The notes under the pieces were generated by a model that did no database searches, was not told the DNA's origin, and was given only the letters and a program-made list of their open reading frames with translations. Position numbers and translations under genes: made by a program. From assembly GCA_965287045.1 (NCBI GenBank), contig OZ336879.1, positions 50,406,001 through 50,470,000 of the forward strand: 64,000 nucleotides of DNA. Reading direction: 5' to 3'. Source of the stretch: Carcharhinus amblyrhynchos. Lineage: Eukaryota. Of this stretch, positions 26,851-40,550 are shown piece after piece (within the stretch, counting starts at the first letter, position 1; each line of letters starts with the position of its first letter).

Positions 26851-27979
26851 TAATCTGCTTCGAGTATGCCAATGACTAAGTAGGTTTGAATTATCTATTA
26901 AAACCTGGCATTGCTGGCAAAAGGTTCCACAACATCTGCCAGCTTAATAATCCTAAATGTGCAAACACTCAACTAAAGTATGCAAAGTCGCATTTTTGTT
27001 TATTTTAAATCTTTGTCCTGATCATTCACTTTGTTCTATACTAACAAAAAATGTTTACGCTTGAGTTTTTAATTCTTTTGCTGAAAATATTTAGATTTAT
27101 TGACTATATCCCTCATAAATATTTGCTCAGAACATTTCAGTACCTTGAGCTCAGCACATTTTTGTGACATGCGAGGAATGCATTTTTAAAATTAGTTTTA
27201 GTTTAAATCCGATGTTCAGATTGCTTTGGGCGGTTTGACCGTCACAAGAACTTTATCTGGCATTGTGCTTCAGTGCTGGGATATTGAACATGTATTGTCA
27301 CGATAGATTCTAGTTTGCTCATAGATCAGTAAAATGGTCAAAATGATTAGAAATGAACCTGCAACTACTAAGACTATAATGATGGTTAGGTTCAGTGACA
27401 GTACAGTGCCATAGGGATCCTACAACCATTGTATAATGATTAAGTCTCGAATGATTCTCCAACATTATAAAACCAATTTGAAAGAATTGAAGCCCATAGT
27501 GCAGGACACCAGCAAAATGAGAAGCAAGGTTAGATCAAGAAGGACTCATTAGAATATTCCAAACTTGAAATTTTAACATTTGAAGAAGAAAGAAGATAAT
27601 AGAGAGTTTTTGAACTATTTCCAGATTAGCCCAACTCTCATCCAGAATGTAGCTGAACTCCAAATACCTTGAAATGGATACATTAACAAACAATATTATA
27701 GTGAAATTGCATTATTGCAATCAAACTTTATTTATTAGCTTTACCAAATCACAGAACAAACTTCTACAGATTGGCATCGATGGAACAGAGAAATCAGCAC
27801 ATTTGAATTTTGTTATATCAAGCCACTGAATTTTAAATTGCAACGTGCTTCAAATTGATTTAAGAAGAAAGGTAATCCAAAAGCCAGTTGACAACGATAG
27901 ATTGCTGCCTTTAGTACGTCTTCAGATTGTGAGTCAACCCAAAATCAATTGTCTACTTTGCACAAGGATTGTGGTCCTG

Positions 27980-28082
27980 AAGCAAAAACAGCAAATGTTG
28001 GATATAGTTAGCATTTCAGGCACAGCATCTATGGAGAGAAGTGACAAGTTAACATTTTAGGCACATGCCTCCATCAAAGCTG
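27980..28082 (-). mobile_element. Degraded Penelope-like terminal fragment
   Basis: aaacagcaaatgttgga...cagcatctatggagaga...agttaacattt is the reverse complement of the PLE terminus type at 9650-9743. Confidence 0.45.
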
Positions 28083-29254
28083 ATTGTGGTTCTGAATCTG
28101 GAGGACAAATAAAAAAGAATGTTTTCAATCACTTTATGTGCAGGTAAAGAATGTTGAGTTTGACAACGAATATGTTTTTAAGAATTTAACGAGGCAAGAA
28201 TGATATGCATACCTGCATCTAATGATGTTGATCTTTTTCTGAGATACAGCATCATTCTCTTCACTTCTATGGTAAACAAATAGGAAGATGTTTTGCAGAC
28301 TTTTTGCTGCATGAGTTATGTATAAGCAGCCTCCATTGTATTGATATACAGAATGAAATACTATCATTACCTAAATTCGTATTGCCTTGGGGCAAAGTTA
28401 GTCATTGTGACATTCACAGACTTTCACTTTTTTTATGACAGTGCCTAACACGCATTATATTTGGAAGGTAATTACAGATGTTAGTTTGATTAATCATTTG
28501 CAGAGTGTTTGAAAGTACACAGGTGGCCCATAATTTATCTGGCATGAACAGTATGTTCAGAAGGCATTTCTTCCCTGGTAAGATTCAGTTCTGGCAATTC
28601 ACTAACTAATTTGGCAATACCTAACAGAGCTTTTGTTAGCCCAGAAGTTAACTAACATATTTGTATGACAGTCCTCCATCAACAATCTAAGCTAAAGTGC
28701 TAACCAATTTAAAGAAACGTGTTAAAACCTATATTAAAATTGTGTCATATGATTGCTTTAAAATTGCTTGTTAAGGAATGCAATAGTAATTTTGCAACCA
28801 AAGGGTAAAGGTAGCTCATTAGTTATCCTCACTATCTCTTCACCTTTGCTCATCAAAATCTAATACAGCAGAATCTTATAAAGGTTCCATGCCAGATTTT
28901 TATGTAGTACCCCATTAATTAAGCATGTCATTGAAGGGAGGAGGGCAGGAAATCTGATCTAAGGACTAAACTTAATGCAAAACATTTCAACTGGAAGCAA
29001 ACTTTGAAGTTATATAATTGAATGATAATTCATCTGTATTTCTGGATTGTTCAAGGGGATGGTGGAATCTGTGTATTTCCCGCATATGTGGTATGAGACC
29101 AGAGATATGTTTATTTATTTATTTTTTGAAAAAACCCAAATATTTACTAAATGAATGAAGCCACAAGGTTGACATTTTAAATTAAAAAGATTTTACTACA
29201 CAGAAATCAAAGATGAATACTAATAATTATGCTATCATGAATAGTCAGTTACAT

Positions 29255-29420
29255 TGATTATATAGATTGATTTCTGATAGACAAAGGAATTAAGGGTTAT
29301 GGGGAGAAGGCGAGAAAGTGGATCTGATCTACTTCAGATCAGCCATGATCTTATTGAATGACAGGGCAGGCTCGAAGGGCTAGATGGCCTACTCCTGCCC
29401 CTATTTCTTATGTTCTTATA
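29255..29420 (+). mobile_element. CR1 3' end
   Basis: agatcagccatgatcttattgaatg...caggctcgaagggc...ggcctactcctgc...tatttcttatgttcttat tail. Confidence 0.8.
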
Positions 29421-30039
29421 TTAAAGGTACAATGGACACAGTAACTTATTCTCTAAACTGAACTTCTTAACTCTAATTTCCTGCTACATCCCTTTGACTT
29501 ATAACGCTAAACTCAAGTCAGATATTTAGATTCTTATCCTAAATTGGAAGATTAACAACTTAGTCTGAGGACCATTTCAATATGAGTGCAGGGATTTCTT
29601 GGGCCTTCTGTTTACTTCTGGCAAGGTTGGCCCTTCAAATTTCCTCCAACTCTCCCATAGTTGTAGACTCCCCATTCAACACAGGTGTCACTAGCATCTT
29701 CAGCATAGCCATGTCAGGTCAGAACCCTTCTGCTTCTAATATTCTTTCACTCTGGAGTCTTGCATCTAAATCACTCTCTTTTTCTCCTTTGAACATGGTT
29801 CCACTTTCTGTTAGGAGTCCTTCAGTTAAGAAGAGTTTTAAACCATTTTAGCCATTACGCTGAATTTTAAGTGAACACTACCTGAAAGAGATGTTTCTTA
29901 TTCCACACTCAGATGCCTGCACATAAAATAACCTGCTTGAAACAGAACCATGCCCACAATTTACTCACCCCTTAATTAACTGGTTGACTCTTCCTTCCCT
30001 GTTGCTTATCATGATCACATGATAATCTACTGGAAATCA

Positions 30040-31250
30040 GGGGCCTGACTTTACCATTTTCATTCTAAGTGCCAAATCTGGGCGTAATGAAGATCTGACT
30101 TAGAAATCCATTTTCAGGTGCCCCCATATGCTGTGAGCCATCTCCAGTCCCATTCGTGCCCTGGGCGCGACTTAGCGCGGCCGAAACGATCGGAGCTCTG
30201 AATTGCGCATGTGCAGTTGGAAAAAAATTTGAAAAAGCGCGCCCATGTCAGATCACTCCCAGGCTGCAGAAAGCAGAGAAAGCAGCTCAGGAGCAAAAAG
30301 CGGGAGCGTTGGTGCACGCAAACATCACTGTCCCCTTATCAACGTCCCCACTACCCACACACATCATTGTCCTCCTTATCAACGTCCCCAATACCCACAC
30401 ACATCACTGTCCCCCTTATCCACCCCCCACCACCCATACACATCACTGTCCTCTTATCCACCCCTGCCACTACCCACACACATCACTGTCCCCCTTATCC
30501 CACCCCACCCCTACTAACCACACACATCACTGTTCCCCTTATCCACTCCCCACTACCCACACACATCACAGTCTCTCTTATCCTACCCCCCCCACTACCC
30601 ACACACATCATTGTCTGCCTTACCCAACCCCCCCACTACCCACACACATCACTGTCCCCCTTATCTCACCCCTCCATTACCCACACACTTTACTGTCCCC
30701 CTTATCCACCACCCCGACTACCGAGACCGATTGTCATCTCTTCCCCCCTGGCCCCACCAGAGATACATCTGACCCATCTCCTCCCCCCACATCCCCCAGC
30801 CAGACATCGATCTGGCCTCACTCCTCCCCTCCCCTAACTAGAGAATGACCTGACCCATCTCCCTCCTCCCCCCATCACTGAACTGAGTCAGAGAGCCGTT
30901 GGAAACACTGAACATGCTCTTCAGCAGCTGGAGCACCCGATTCAGACTTTTATTTAGCAGGTCCATTATGGCGTGGTTCCGGATTGGCGAACACGATGGT
31001 AAAAGGGGAAATGTTGATACAGTTGTGCGGGCAGTTCATTAATTCAATTTAAATCGCTGTTGCGCCTATTTTGGGTGCAAAGTGGATCGCCGCCATTCCC
31101 GGGTTTCGGTAAAGTGGCAATCTGTGCGGAACCGGGTGCGGATCGCAATAATGGTCTCATACCCGACTTTACCATGTTTCCGTGCCCAAAAATGGGCGCA
31201 AAAATTTGGTAAAATTGGGTGAGAGGCCATTGTCGCGATCCACATGCTGG
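30040..31250. mobile_element. CpG-rich non-autonomous DNA-transposon-like element with internal minisatellite and subterminal palindrome
   Basis: Starts GGGGCCTGACTTTACCA; the motif recurs as CCCGACTTTACCA (31162) and inverted TGGTAAAATTGGG (31207); abrupt CpG/GC rise against flanks. Confidence 0.6.
30322..30722. repeat. C-rich minisatellite, ~39-40-bp unit (ccactacccacacacatcactgtcccccttatc...)
   Basis: About 10 tandem copies of acatcactgtcccccttatc...ccactacccacac. Confidence 0.9.
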
Positions 31251-32139
31251 GCCAAATAACTTCCTTTCTGAGTCATAATAACTCTGATACAATTCTGAGT
31301 TTCTGTATAAGCGTACCTTTTATATACATTTAGGAGCTGCAGTAGTGTTAACTTTCTTTCATGATATTTCTGGATGAGAGGCAATGGCAAAATAGGGCCC
31401 CAGCTGCTTTACCAGAAACTCTAAGAGAAACCTAGTTCTTCAAAGAACCATACCCCAAACATAAAAATATAAAGATCCTCCCCACCACTCCCCATTCCCT
31501 AGCTTATGTCCATGTATCACATCTTACCAGCTTGGATCAGTTTTCCACAACTGTTCTGAATTGCTTGGAGAATCTTTAAAATTTGGAATTAGTCACATAG
31601 ATTATTTCTATCAATGTTATTGAGCAGCTTGATAGCCTAATGCTTATGCATTTATTTTATAACTGTAAGTTTTAGATTTCAGCAATGTAGTTGACTGTTA
31701 ACTGTCCTCTGAAATGTTCAGTTCAAGGACAATTAGGAACAAATGTTGGCTTTGCCAGCAACACCCGCACCACGTGAAAGAATAAAGAAAAAAGTTATGA
31801 TTACAAAGTATGAGCATATTGATTCATCAGTTCCCACTCAAATCACAACAAAATCACACATTACTTCTCTGATGCATGTGGCCAATTGAGTTAATTTCAT
31901 TAATGTGCCTTATGAATGCAATAGGTCATTTCTGATACATAAACTGGACCACTTTCTGCTCACTTAGTTCCAATTTTTCTATCTAATTTTACATATGATA
32001 TTCACAGAGTAATTTGAGTATTGATACTGTCTGGTTCAAACCTTAAAGCAGATTATTGGTAATCAATAAATTATGTTTGTCTGCTGAGAAGTATTAAAAA
32101 TAGAATATGAAATGTACGCAGGGAAGGAGAGGATATTCA

Positions 32140-32860
32140 ATGCAGTGCAATTGCAATTTGCAAATAAATGGGGTGAATGAGCAGAGATCTGGGTGGGTAT
32201 GTGGACAAGTCACTGAAGGTGGCAGGATGGATTGAGAGAGCAATTAATAAAGCAAACAGCATCCTGAGCTCTGATAACAGGGGCATAGAGCATAAGAGCA
32301 AGGAGATTATGTTGGACTGTATAAGACGTCTGCTAGAGCATTGCATCTGGTCCTAGGTACTGCAATTTAGGGAGGATGTAAAGGCAATAGAGAGAGTGTA
32401 GAAAACATTTGTAAGAATAGTTTCAGGGGGAGGAACTTCAGTTATGAGGATAATTTGGAAAGTTGGGACTTTTTACCTCAGAGAAAAGGAAGTTGAGAGG
32501 AGAGTTTGGAAAGGGTAGATGGGGAGAAACTGATTCTGCTTGTGAAAAGATCAAGAACAAGAGGCACAGGTTTAAAGTAATTAGTAAAATAAGCAAAAGT
32601 GATATGAGGAGAATCTTTTTTACGTAGCGAGTAGTTAGGATTTATAAGGTGCTGCCTGTGAGAGTGGTGGAGGCAGGTTTAGTTTGAACATTCAAAAGGC
32701 AATTAGACTGTTAACTGAAAAGGGAGAAAGTGTAGGATTACAGGGAAAAGGGAATGGCATTAGGTGAGTTGCTCATTCAGAGAGTCGGTGCAGACATACA
32801 GGGCCAGATAGCTTCCTTTCTGAGTCACAACAACTCTGATACAATTCTGTGATTCTATAA
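32140..32860 (+). mobile_element. Degraded CR1 3' portion
   Basis: cagagatctgggtg...ggggcatagagcataagagcaagga...ttttttacgtagcgagtagttagg...gagtggtggaggcagg...aattctgtgattcta tail. Confidence 0.75.
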
Positions 32861-34861
32861 GCATACCGTTTATATACATCTAGGAGCTGCAACAGTGTTA
32901 ACTTTCTTTCATATTTCTGATGAAGCTGAGGGTAATGTTAGAAGTTGAGCTTTAGGTCGATCAACTACACCTCAGAGAAAGGTTAATTTACACAACTGAT
33001 TCTAAGAATTCCAAGAGCAGAATTATTCAACGCCCCCAAGCTGCACATGGTCTGCTGCAGTACCAAATTCATTCTCTTTGTTCGGCCCAGCTGTTACTGT
33101 CTCTCGATCCTCTCACATCAACCTGATGAGCAGGAATTCTCAGTGGCCTCATTTCTTTCCAACAGTTGAATATTTTTCCCTTTCAATTCCGCCCGTTGCA
33201 GCTTGACACCACTGAGTCATAGGCACGTGTCTAACTGTCTCTACTATGAGCCAGCGCTGGAAATACTGGTCATGTTTGCCAAACACAGATGCACGATTTT
33301 GCAGGAGACAATGACCATCTGGAGTAGCTCATTGAATTTGTGGCCAATGTTCGTAAACACCTGTCGCACAAAGTATGCAAAACAATATGGAGTTGCTAAT
33401 AATTTCTGGTACAGTTTGCCAGTTTGCTATGATTCATTTTTCCAGTGTTACATGTTTGACTATCAGCAACACCTGGTTACCCCTGCTGGTGCTCTTATGT
33501 CTGCCCACATATTAGACTGGTGCATTGGTGAAATAAAGATGAAGATAGGAGGTTGCCTCATGAGTAATATCAGTACAACCTTCAGTCTAGGGTTAAGAAG
33601 CAGAGAATGGCTCTGTTCTTTGAATGTATCATTTTATTACCTTTTTTATGGGGATGGTTGGGAAATATATCTACTTTAGGGTGAGGATTCTTAAAATGAT
33701 TGAACTGGTCATAGGAATTGCTTAATATATATGGATTTTCAATGTACATAATTCGTGGACAATCCCTGAACAGAATTGATTGAATTTGATCTCAGTCTCT
33801 AATGATGTCCGTTTTCTCAGAACTGACACTTGTCTAGTTAAATCTTAATCTAACAGGCTAGGAAATTCTGTATTTGTGAAGTAAAATACAAAACTACTGA
33901 GTATCAATGCCATTGAATCCTTTGATTAAGCTGTTTCATTTGTCAAAGCTGCTGAAAGGAAGTATATTTTTAGGTTCTCTCACCAATAGAAAGCAAATAT
34001 AAATGAGTCCATTTGTAACATACTTTTCAACTGGCTTCCAGTGACAGCCTTATAAAGGTTACTAATGCACTTAGAAATGTCAAGCTCTGCATGTCTTTAG
34101 GGGACGTTGACTATGAAACTTAATTCAAACAAAACCTGTGCCTCTTCGTAAATTGTTAATTAGCATATTTACAGTGTCTGCTGTGGATACGACAGACACA
34201 AATGCACAAAATTGAAGGTTCAGTGTAGGAAGGAGAATAGCTTTGCTGATTGATGTAGACTCGAGAGAACGGAACAACACTGACTCTTTTGGAAGAGGTT
34301 ACTACCTGAATACCTGCTTTCCCAGGTCACACAGAAGAGAATGAAACAAAGACTGGGGAAGCACCAAAATAGGCAATTGTTAAATTAAAGTAGTACATGC
34401 AAAAATTAAGTTCATAGCTAAACCTATATCTGGCAAAATGTGCAATTTTGGGGGGTTCTCAGTCATATATGAAATATATTTAGGTTGCATAGTTTATAGT
34501 TTGAGAAATAGTAATGGAAGATTTTAAAAATAATAATTATTTTAATGCTCTTATAACAGTTCACCTGACAGTCTGACTGTTATATAGGCAACTATTTTTT
34601 TCAGCCTGTGAGTAAAATATATTCTGAGCAATAAATTATTAATCAATAGCTTGGCAAAAAAAATTAAGAATTGCATTTGAATTCATTCTTTGCTGATCAG
34701 AGGCTAATTTGACAAAAGAATAGCTGTTATCATTCGGCTAACAGGGACTGATGCACTTAATGTGGATGGAAATGTTTTTGGATTCTCCTAAGCAGAAATG
34801 CATCTCGTACAAGTGCAGTCAGTAGCAATGCTTATTATTAATTAACAGTAAGTGTTTTTGT

Positions 34862-35187
34862 AATTCATTCAAGAAGTGTGGGGCATTGCTAGCTGGGCCA
34901 GCATTTATTGCCCATCCCTATTTGCTCTGCTTTGCTAGGCCATTTCAAACTCAACATATTGCTGTGGATCTGGAGTCACATGTAGGACAGACCAGGTAAG
35001 GGCAGCAGATTTCCTTCCCTAAGGGGCATTAGTGAACCAGTCAGATTTCCACAGCAATGATTTTATCATTATCATTTTTATTGAATTCAGGTTTCACCAT
35101 CTGACCTGGTGGGATGTGAACCCTGGTTCCCACCGTGTTACCATGGATTATTATTCTACTGACAGTACCTCTACGCCACCATCTCCC
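34862..35187 (-). mobile_element. tRNA-SINE, same family as 10930-11275
   Basis: ccagcatttattgcccatcccta...tggagtcacatgtagg...cagatttccttccctaa...cattagtgaaccag is the reverse complement of that element. Confidence 0.75.
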
Positions 35188-36424
35188 AGTAGTGTCATTT
35201 CAATTTTTGAAACTTTAGCCAGTTTAATATCCAGCAGACCTTATACTGTCAAGGGACACATTTAATGATAACACAGATGTTAGAGGAAGAAAGCGGTGTG
35301 ACAATCCTCATAACAGTCTGGCAATTCAAACATTAGTGCTTATTTGAACTTGAATGCGGCACCAGTAGTTTTGTTACTGTGAGACCAGATTCATATCATC
35401 TCACCACTTAAACATTGCATCTGAATTATTACAGGGTACATCACAGCTTCTTTACAGCATAATTAAAGAGGAAATAAGGGGGTGGTGATATGTAGTCTTT
35501 TGTCTGCCTGTAGGACACTTTATAATGATACTTTTGAACACCATTCTTGTCCTGATTGCCAACCAAAGTCCTCTAACGCTTAATTGATTCACGAAAATGT
35601 AATATTTTCAGGATGTTGCTTTGTCAACTATGTTGCATTTCCCCAGCAATTTTACTTGAGTTCTTTCTACTGAGGGAGGGCATTAGTAAGAGAGGCTGTA
35701 ATTAAAGTTTTATTTAGGCTCTAATGTGAGGGTTTATTTTCAGAGTCAAAATGCAGTATTGTGTTCCCAGTATTACAGCCTGCATTTAGAATGACATTCA
35801 AATCAGATGGAGGTGCATTGAGTTAAATACAGATGATGAGTGATGTTTTAGGACTGCTTATAATTATGTACATTATGATATTTAATGGAATGTGTTGCAA
35901 AACATGTACCATGTTTTGCAATTTAACCATTTGAGGGTAAGATATCATTTGTGTTGTACTTGAACGTAATGTAAATGTAGAATTATGTAAAATTAAAAAT
36001 ACTTTTTAATTAAAACTGTCCATTGAATAACTCAGCGAAGTCCCACAATAATTCACAGAGCACTATTGACAAACTATATTTTAACTTGTAGCCATATCAG
36101 AACTAAGAAATTTTATTTGATCACTTTTTCGTAGATTAGTCCCAGCTTTTTACCTTCAATTCCTTCTTGCTCCTGACCGTACTAAATTGTTCCTTGAATT
36201 AATTTAAACTGTTTCAGTCTTCTTTCTGCATAGCATTTTCCATGATATTTTTAACTTTTCAGTGAATAATCTTTCATCTGACTATCTTCCAAATATTCCC
36301 TTAACTGTGAAACCTACACAATGGCAAACAATTTAATTGGATCAGCTTTTCCATCCTTATTTGCATAGCAATATTAATATTTCAGACAGAAAAATCAATT
36401 GGACCATCTAGCCTAAAGTTTGCA

Positions 36425-36706
36425 AGTGAGAGGGGGAAAGTTTAAAAGAGATGTAAGGGGAAGTTTTTCACACAGAGGGTCGTGAAGGCCTGAAATGTGC
36501 TGGCGGAGGAGATGACGGAAGTAGATTCAATAACAACATTCAAGAGGCATCTGGATACATATATGAATAGGGCAGGGAATAGAGTAGACAGGGAATAGAC
36601 CACATAGAAGCAAGAAAATATTAGATTAGAGAGGCATCTGTGTTGGCACAGGCTTAGTGGGCTGAAAGGTCTGTTCCTGTGCTGTACTATTTTTTGTTCT
36701 TTGTTC
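36425..36706 (+). mobile_element. CR1 3' end
   Basis: ggggaagtttttcacacagagggt...acattcaagaggcatctggat...ctgttcctgtgctgtac...ttgttctttgttct tail. Confidence 0.8.
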
Positions 36707-38304
36707 TGGTCTGCCCTTCCAACACCCAGTTTTCCACTATGATTCCAAAACTAATAGCTTTTAACTTCTTACTAGGAAATTATTCAATCCTTCTTTCTGT
36801 CCACTACCTAAAACTCTATTAGCCTCTGACTGAGTTTACAGTTTACCTTTGACAGGCTTAAATTTAAATGTTCACAGCCTCTGTGGTTGACCGAGGAACT
36901 TTACTACACCCAATTCTTAATTTGGATGAAAACATTACAGAACTGTATCAAACCCACTGTCATAATTTTGAAAACATTAGTTACATCACCTCAGTCTTCT
37001 CTTTTAGAATGAGAACAAGCCCAAATATTTCATTCTGCACAATGTATATGGCAGATGAATTAAAAGGAAGAAAATATCTAATCCATTTTATTCTGCAAAA
37101 TTATAATGGTCATATTCTAAAATTTGATCCTCACACAAGGTCAGAGAATTAATATAATCACAGATTGAAAATGGAAAAGCTGACTTGATCATATGAACAT
37201 GTTGGGCAGAATTTAATTGTTGTGAGAGTGGATTCATCCATTGGCCAAAGAGCCAGCCAGAGGCAACCCTGCCACAGCTATTCCAGGCACCCATGCAACC
37301 CAACTTAACAGGATAGCAATGGGGCTTTTGGCATCTTCACGGGGAATTTGCCATCTCCAAGAGCTGCTGAGTGGGAGAGGTGGCCACTGCCGGTATTGCT
37401 GCAGGTCCAAGGTTGAGTGTGTTTGCTGGACCCCTGGAGGAAAGGTCAGTGAGGTAGGTGGGCTTATTGGGGTCAGTCAGAATGGCCTGGCCAGTTGGAG
37501 GAGAAGGGGGTCAGTTTAGACGGCAGCAGAGATCTATACATGGATACAGTCCTTGTTGGACATGGCTGACCAAGTAGGAAGGAACCCCACACCCCCACCC
37601 CCACCCCCACCTCCCTCCCACAAACCAGGCTTCAAATATACCTGCCAACTAGAGTGAACAACTGTTCCATATTTTAAAGGATTTTCCTTTAATTTGACTG
37701 TTTTATTTGTATCCTTTTAGGGACACCTTCTGTCCCTTATCTCCAGGATAGTCTGTGCAGAATGAGCCACGGAGTCCCCTCCCCAACCTCCCCTCCTCTT
37801 ATCCTGGATTGAATGGTCACCAGCATCTACCCTTCCCCCTCTGTTCTTTATGGACCCTCTCTCACCCACTGTCACTCCTAGGATCAGTGCCAATACCACG
37901 TCCCATCAATAGTTAAAGTGTTCCTTATTTTATTTCGTAATAATTATGCTCATATGATTCAATACTAGGAGAAAGCAGAATGACCACTTAAGGACCTCAA
38001 TTGACTTCTGGTGGGGAATGCTAACCAGCACCCTTTCTTCACTGGACTAAATTGACAGGAGCGGCCTGGCTGCTTAATGCACTAAAGTGGCTTGGTGTCA
38101 AATTCTGGCATGCCTTGGGACTATGTTGCTACATTAAATGCATTCTCAACATGCAAGTGGTTGTTCTTGTTATTGTTGCGATGTTCAAAGTCAGGACAGG
38201 CGATTTACCAAAGTATTTAAGAGTAGATTACTGGATCCGCATGACAAAGACAACAAGATTGCCAATGGAATTCCTATGCAAAATTAATAGTGCAGTTTAA
38301 CCCA

Positions 38305-38642
38305 CAATCACAGAATTGTTGCAATGCAGAAGGAGGCCATTTGGTCCATCATATCTGCACTGTCTTCTTGAATGAGAAATCTATTTAGTGCCATTCCTTT
38401 GCCTTCTCCCTGTAACCCTGCACATTCTTCCTTTTCAAATAACAGTCTATTTCTCTTTTGAATGCCTCGGTTGAACCTGCCCCAACACTTTTAGGCAACC
38501 CAGACCTTAACCAATCATGCTGTGAAAATTTTTTTCCCCATTTTGCCTTTGATTCTTTTGCCAATTCCTTTAAAACTGTGTCCTCTCTTTCTTGATCCTT
38601 TCATGAGTAGGTGCAGTTTCTCTCTATCTGCTCTGTCTCTAT
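38305..38642 (-). mobile_element. CR1 3' end
   Basis: tcacagaat...cagaaggaggccatttgg...; minus-strand peptide DRADREKL..LMKGSRKRGHSFK.IGKR. Confidence 0.75.
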
Positions 38643-39584
38643 CTTTTCTCCTGTTGAAGCTTACTTTTAACCCATTATGGATAGATTGGCTAAGTATCAC
38701 ATCACTATTATAAGCATGAACAGATAAAGATCAAAAGTGGCATGGATTTGAGCTTATTTTACTGCACATAAGTGTAAAATGTCATGTATTAATTAGAATT
38801 AAATTAACAGTTTTTTTCTCAAAATAACCACAGGGTGGCTAAGTTGAGGGACACGTGTTTTTGCTGCAGGCAGAACTGCTCTCTGAGTCAAGGTTAATAT
38901 CGAGCTGGTTAAGACTCATTTGTGAATGGAAGGCCAATTTTCCATGGGAAGAAATTATTTGATTTTCCCTTTTTGCTAATGAAGTGTGGGAAACCATTAT
39001 TTTGTGACATAATTTCTGAGGAAAAGGTTTAATTAACAGCAATGAAACAATACAGACAATCACAATGCATGTCCAGTAAAATTCATTAAATGATTCTCAA
39101 GCAACTATGAAGCTATTCCACCAATTTAAATGTTAAACAGCCCCCTGAGGAATGCTGGTTGGCACAAACTGCATACCAGCAGAGAAAATTCCATACCCCA
39201 GTGGCAGTTACCACTTGCTCCATCATGAGTGCTTTGAAGTGCAGCCCCCCCATCCCTCCACCCCACCACTACCTGTGACAGGTTTGACCACAGGCAGAGT
39301 CTTCTGATCCTGCCAAAATCTGTGGCCATCTGTTTGACTTGCCCGTCTTGGTTAGAGGGGCAGGCGAGTCATACGGCTTCTCACATGAGCATGATGTGCT
39401 CTCACCACGATGCACTACAAGCTGAGCCAATGCACTATTGCCTACCAATGAGCTGCATCTGCAACTGGTGCTTGGGTGCAGAGAGATTGTGACACTGGTG
39501 CTTCTGTCATCAGCATCCCCTCTGATGGTAATAGAGAGTGCTGCCTGGCTCTGGAAGATGCTTCATCTGAAGAATGAAAGCAAT

Positions 39585-39842
39585 CAATAATTAGGAGAAA
39601 TTTTTTCTCACCAGAGAGTCGTGAGTCTCTGGAACTCTCTTCCTCAAAAGGCAGTGAAGGCAGAATCTTTGAATATTTGTAATGCAATGCTCAATAGATA
39701 GATTCTTGATTAACATGAAGGTGAAAGTTTATCGGGAGCAGGCAGGAATGTGGGGTCAAAAGTTCCAATCAGATTGGCCATGAGCTTATTGAATGGTGGA
39801 GCAGGCTCGAGAGGCTGAGTGTTCCTAGTTCCTATGTTCGTA
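39585..39842 (+). mobile_element. CR1 3' end
   Basis: ttaggagaaatttttt...gtctctggaactctcttcctcaaaaggcagtg...attgaatggtggagcaggctcgag...ttcctatgttcgta. Confidence 0.75.
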
Positions 39843-40109
39843 TTATCACTCATCGTGCAATTGATGTCCATGCTACATGGCCAGGTCAGACTGATGTCAG
39901 TCTGCACATATTGACTGCTGGATTTGCTACATTACAACTTCAAAAAGTATGTTCTTGATTTTAAAGCATTTGAAGCATTTGTGGATGTGAAAAGTGCTAT
40001 ATAAATGCAAGTCTTTCTTTCTATCTTCAACTCTATTAGCAAGATCTTCTGTTCTTTTCTAACTTATGTGCTTAGCTAGCATTGTGTTAAATGCATCCAT
40101 GGCCAGGAT

Positions 40110-40231
40110 TTTACAGACCCTCCTGCCCAGCGGGATATTACAGTCCCGCCAAACTGGATGGAGATTTAAATGGCTCACCACATGCATCAGGGGAAGACAG
40201 ATTATGGTCGGGCGATAAATCCCTGTGGCCC
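40110..40231. mobile_element. Short MITE-like element
   Basis: TGGCCAGGATTTTA ... ATAAATCCC..GGCCCA imperfect inverted termini, ~120 bp. Confidence 0.45.
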
Positions 40232-40550
40232 ATGTTACTTACCTCACCTTTACCATATGAGAGTGAGCTCCACATTTTGATCACTCTCTGGGTGAAGAAG
40301 TTACTCTGGAACTCTCTGTTGGATTTATTGGTGACTATTTTATACTGATGGACTCAGGAGCTTCTGAAAGCTGCAACCATTTGTTATGCATCATGTATAA
40401 GTGTGAGAAGGGAAAGAGGAAAAAAATGGCTTAAATCCCTGAAGGACTTCTCCTACAGCTTTGCCAGATGGCACTCTCCTGATGTTTCCCTTACACACAA
40501 ACATTCACCACCCTCTTTTCAAATTGTGGCTCTCCCTTGCCTGCTCCCGC

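Noticed and set aside
30156-30848. 230-aa and 208-aa Pro/Thr/His-rich ORFs
   Set aside because: Translate a C-rich minisatellite inside a transposon-like element.
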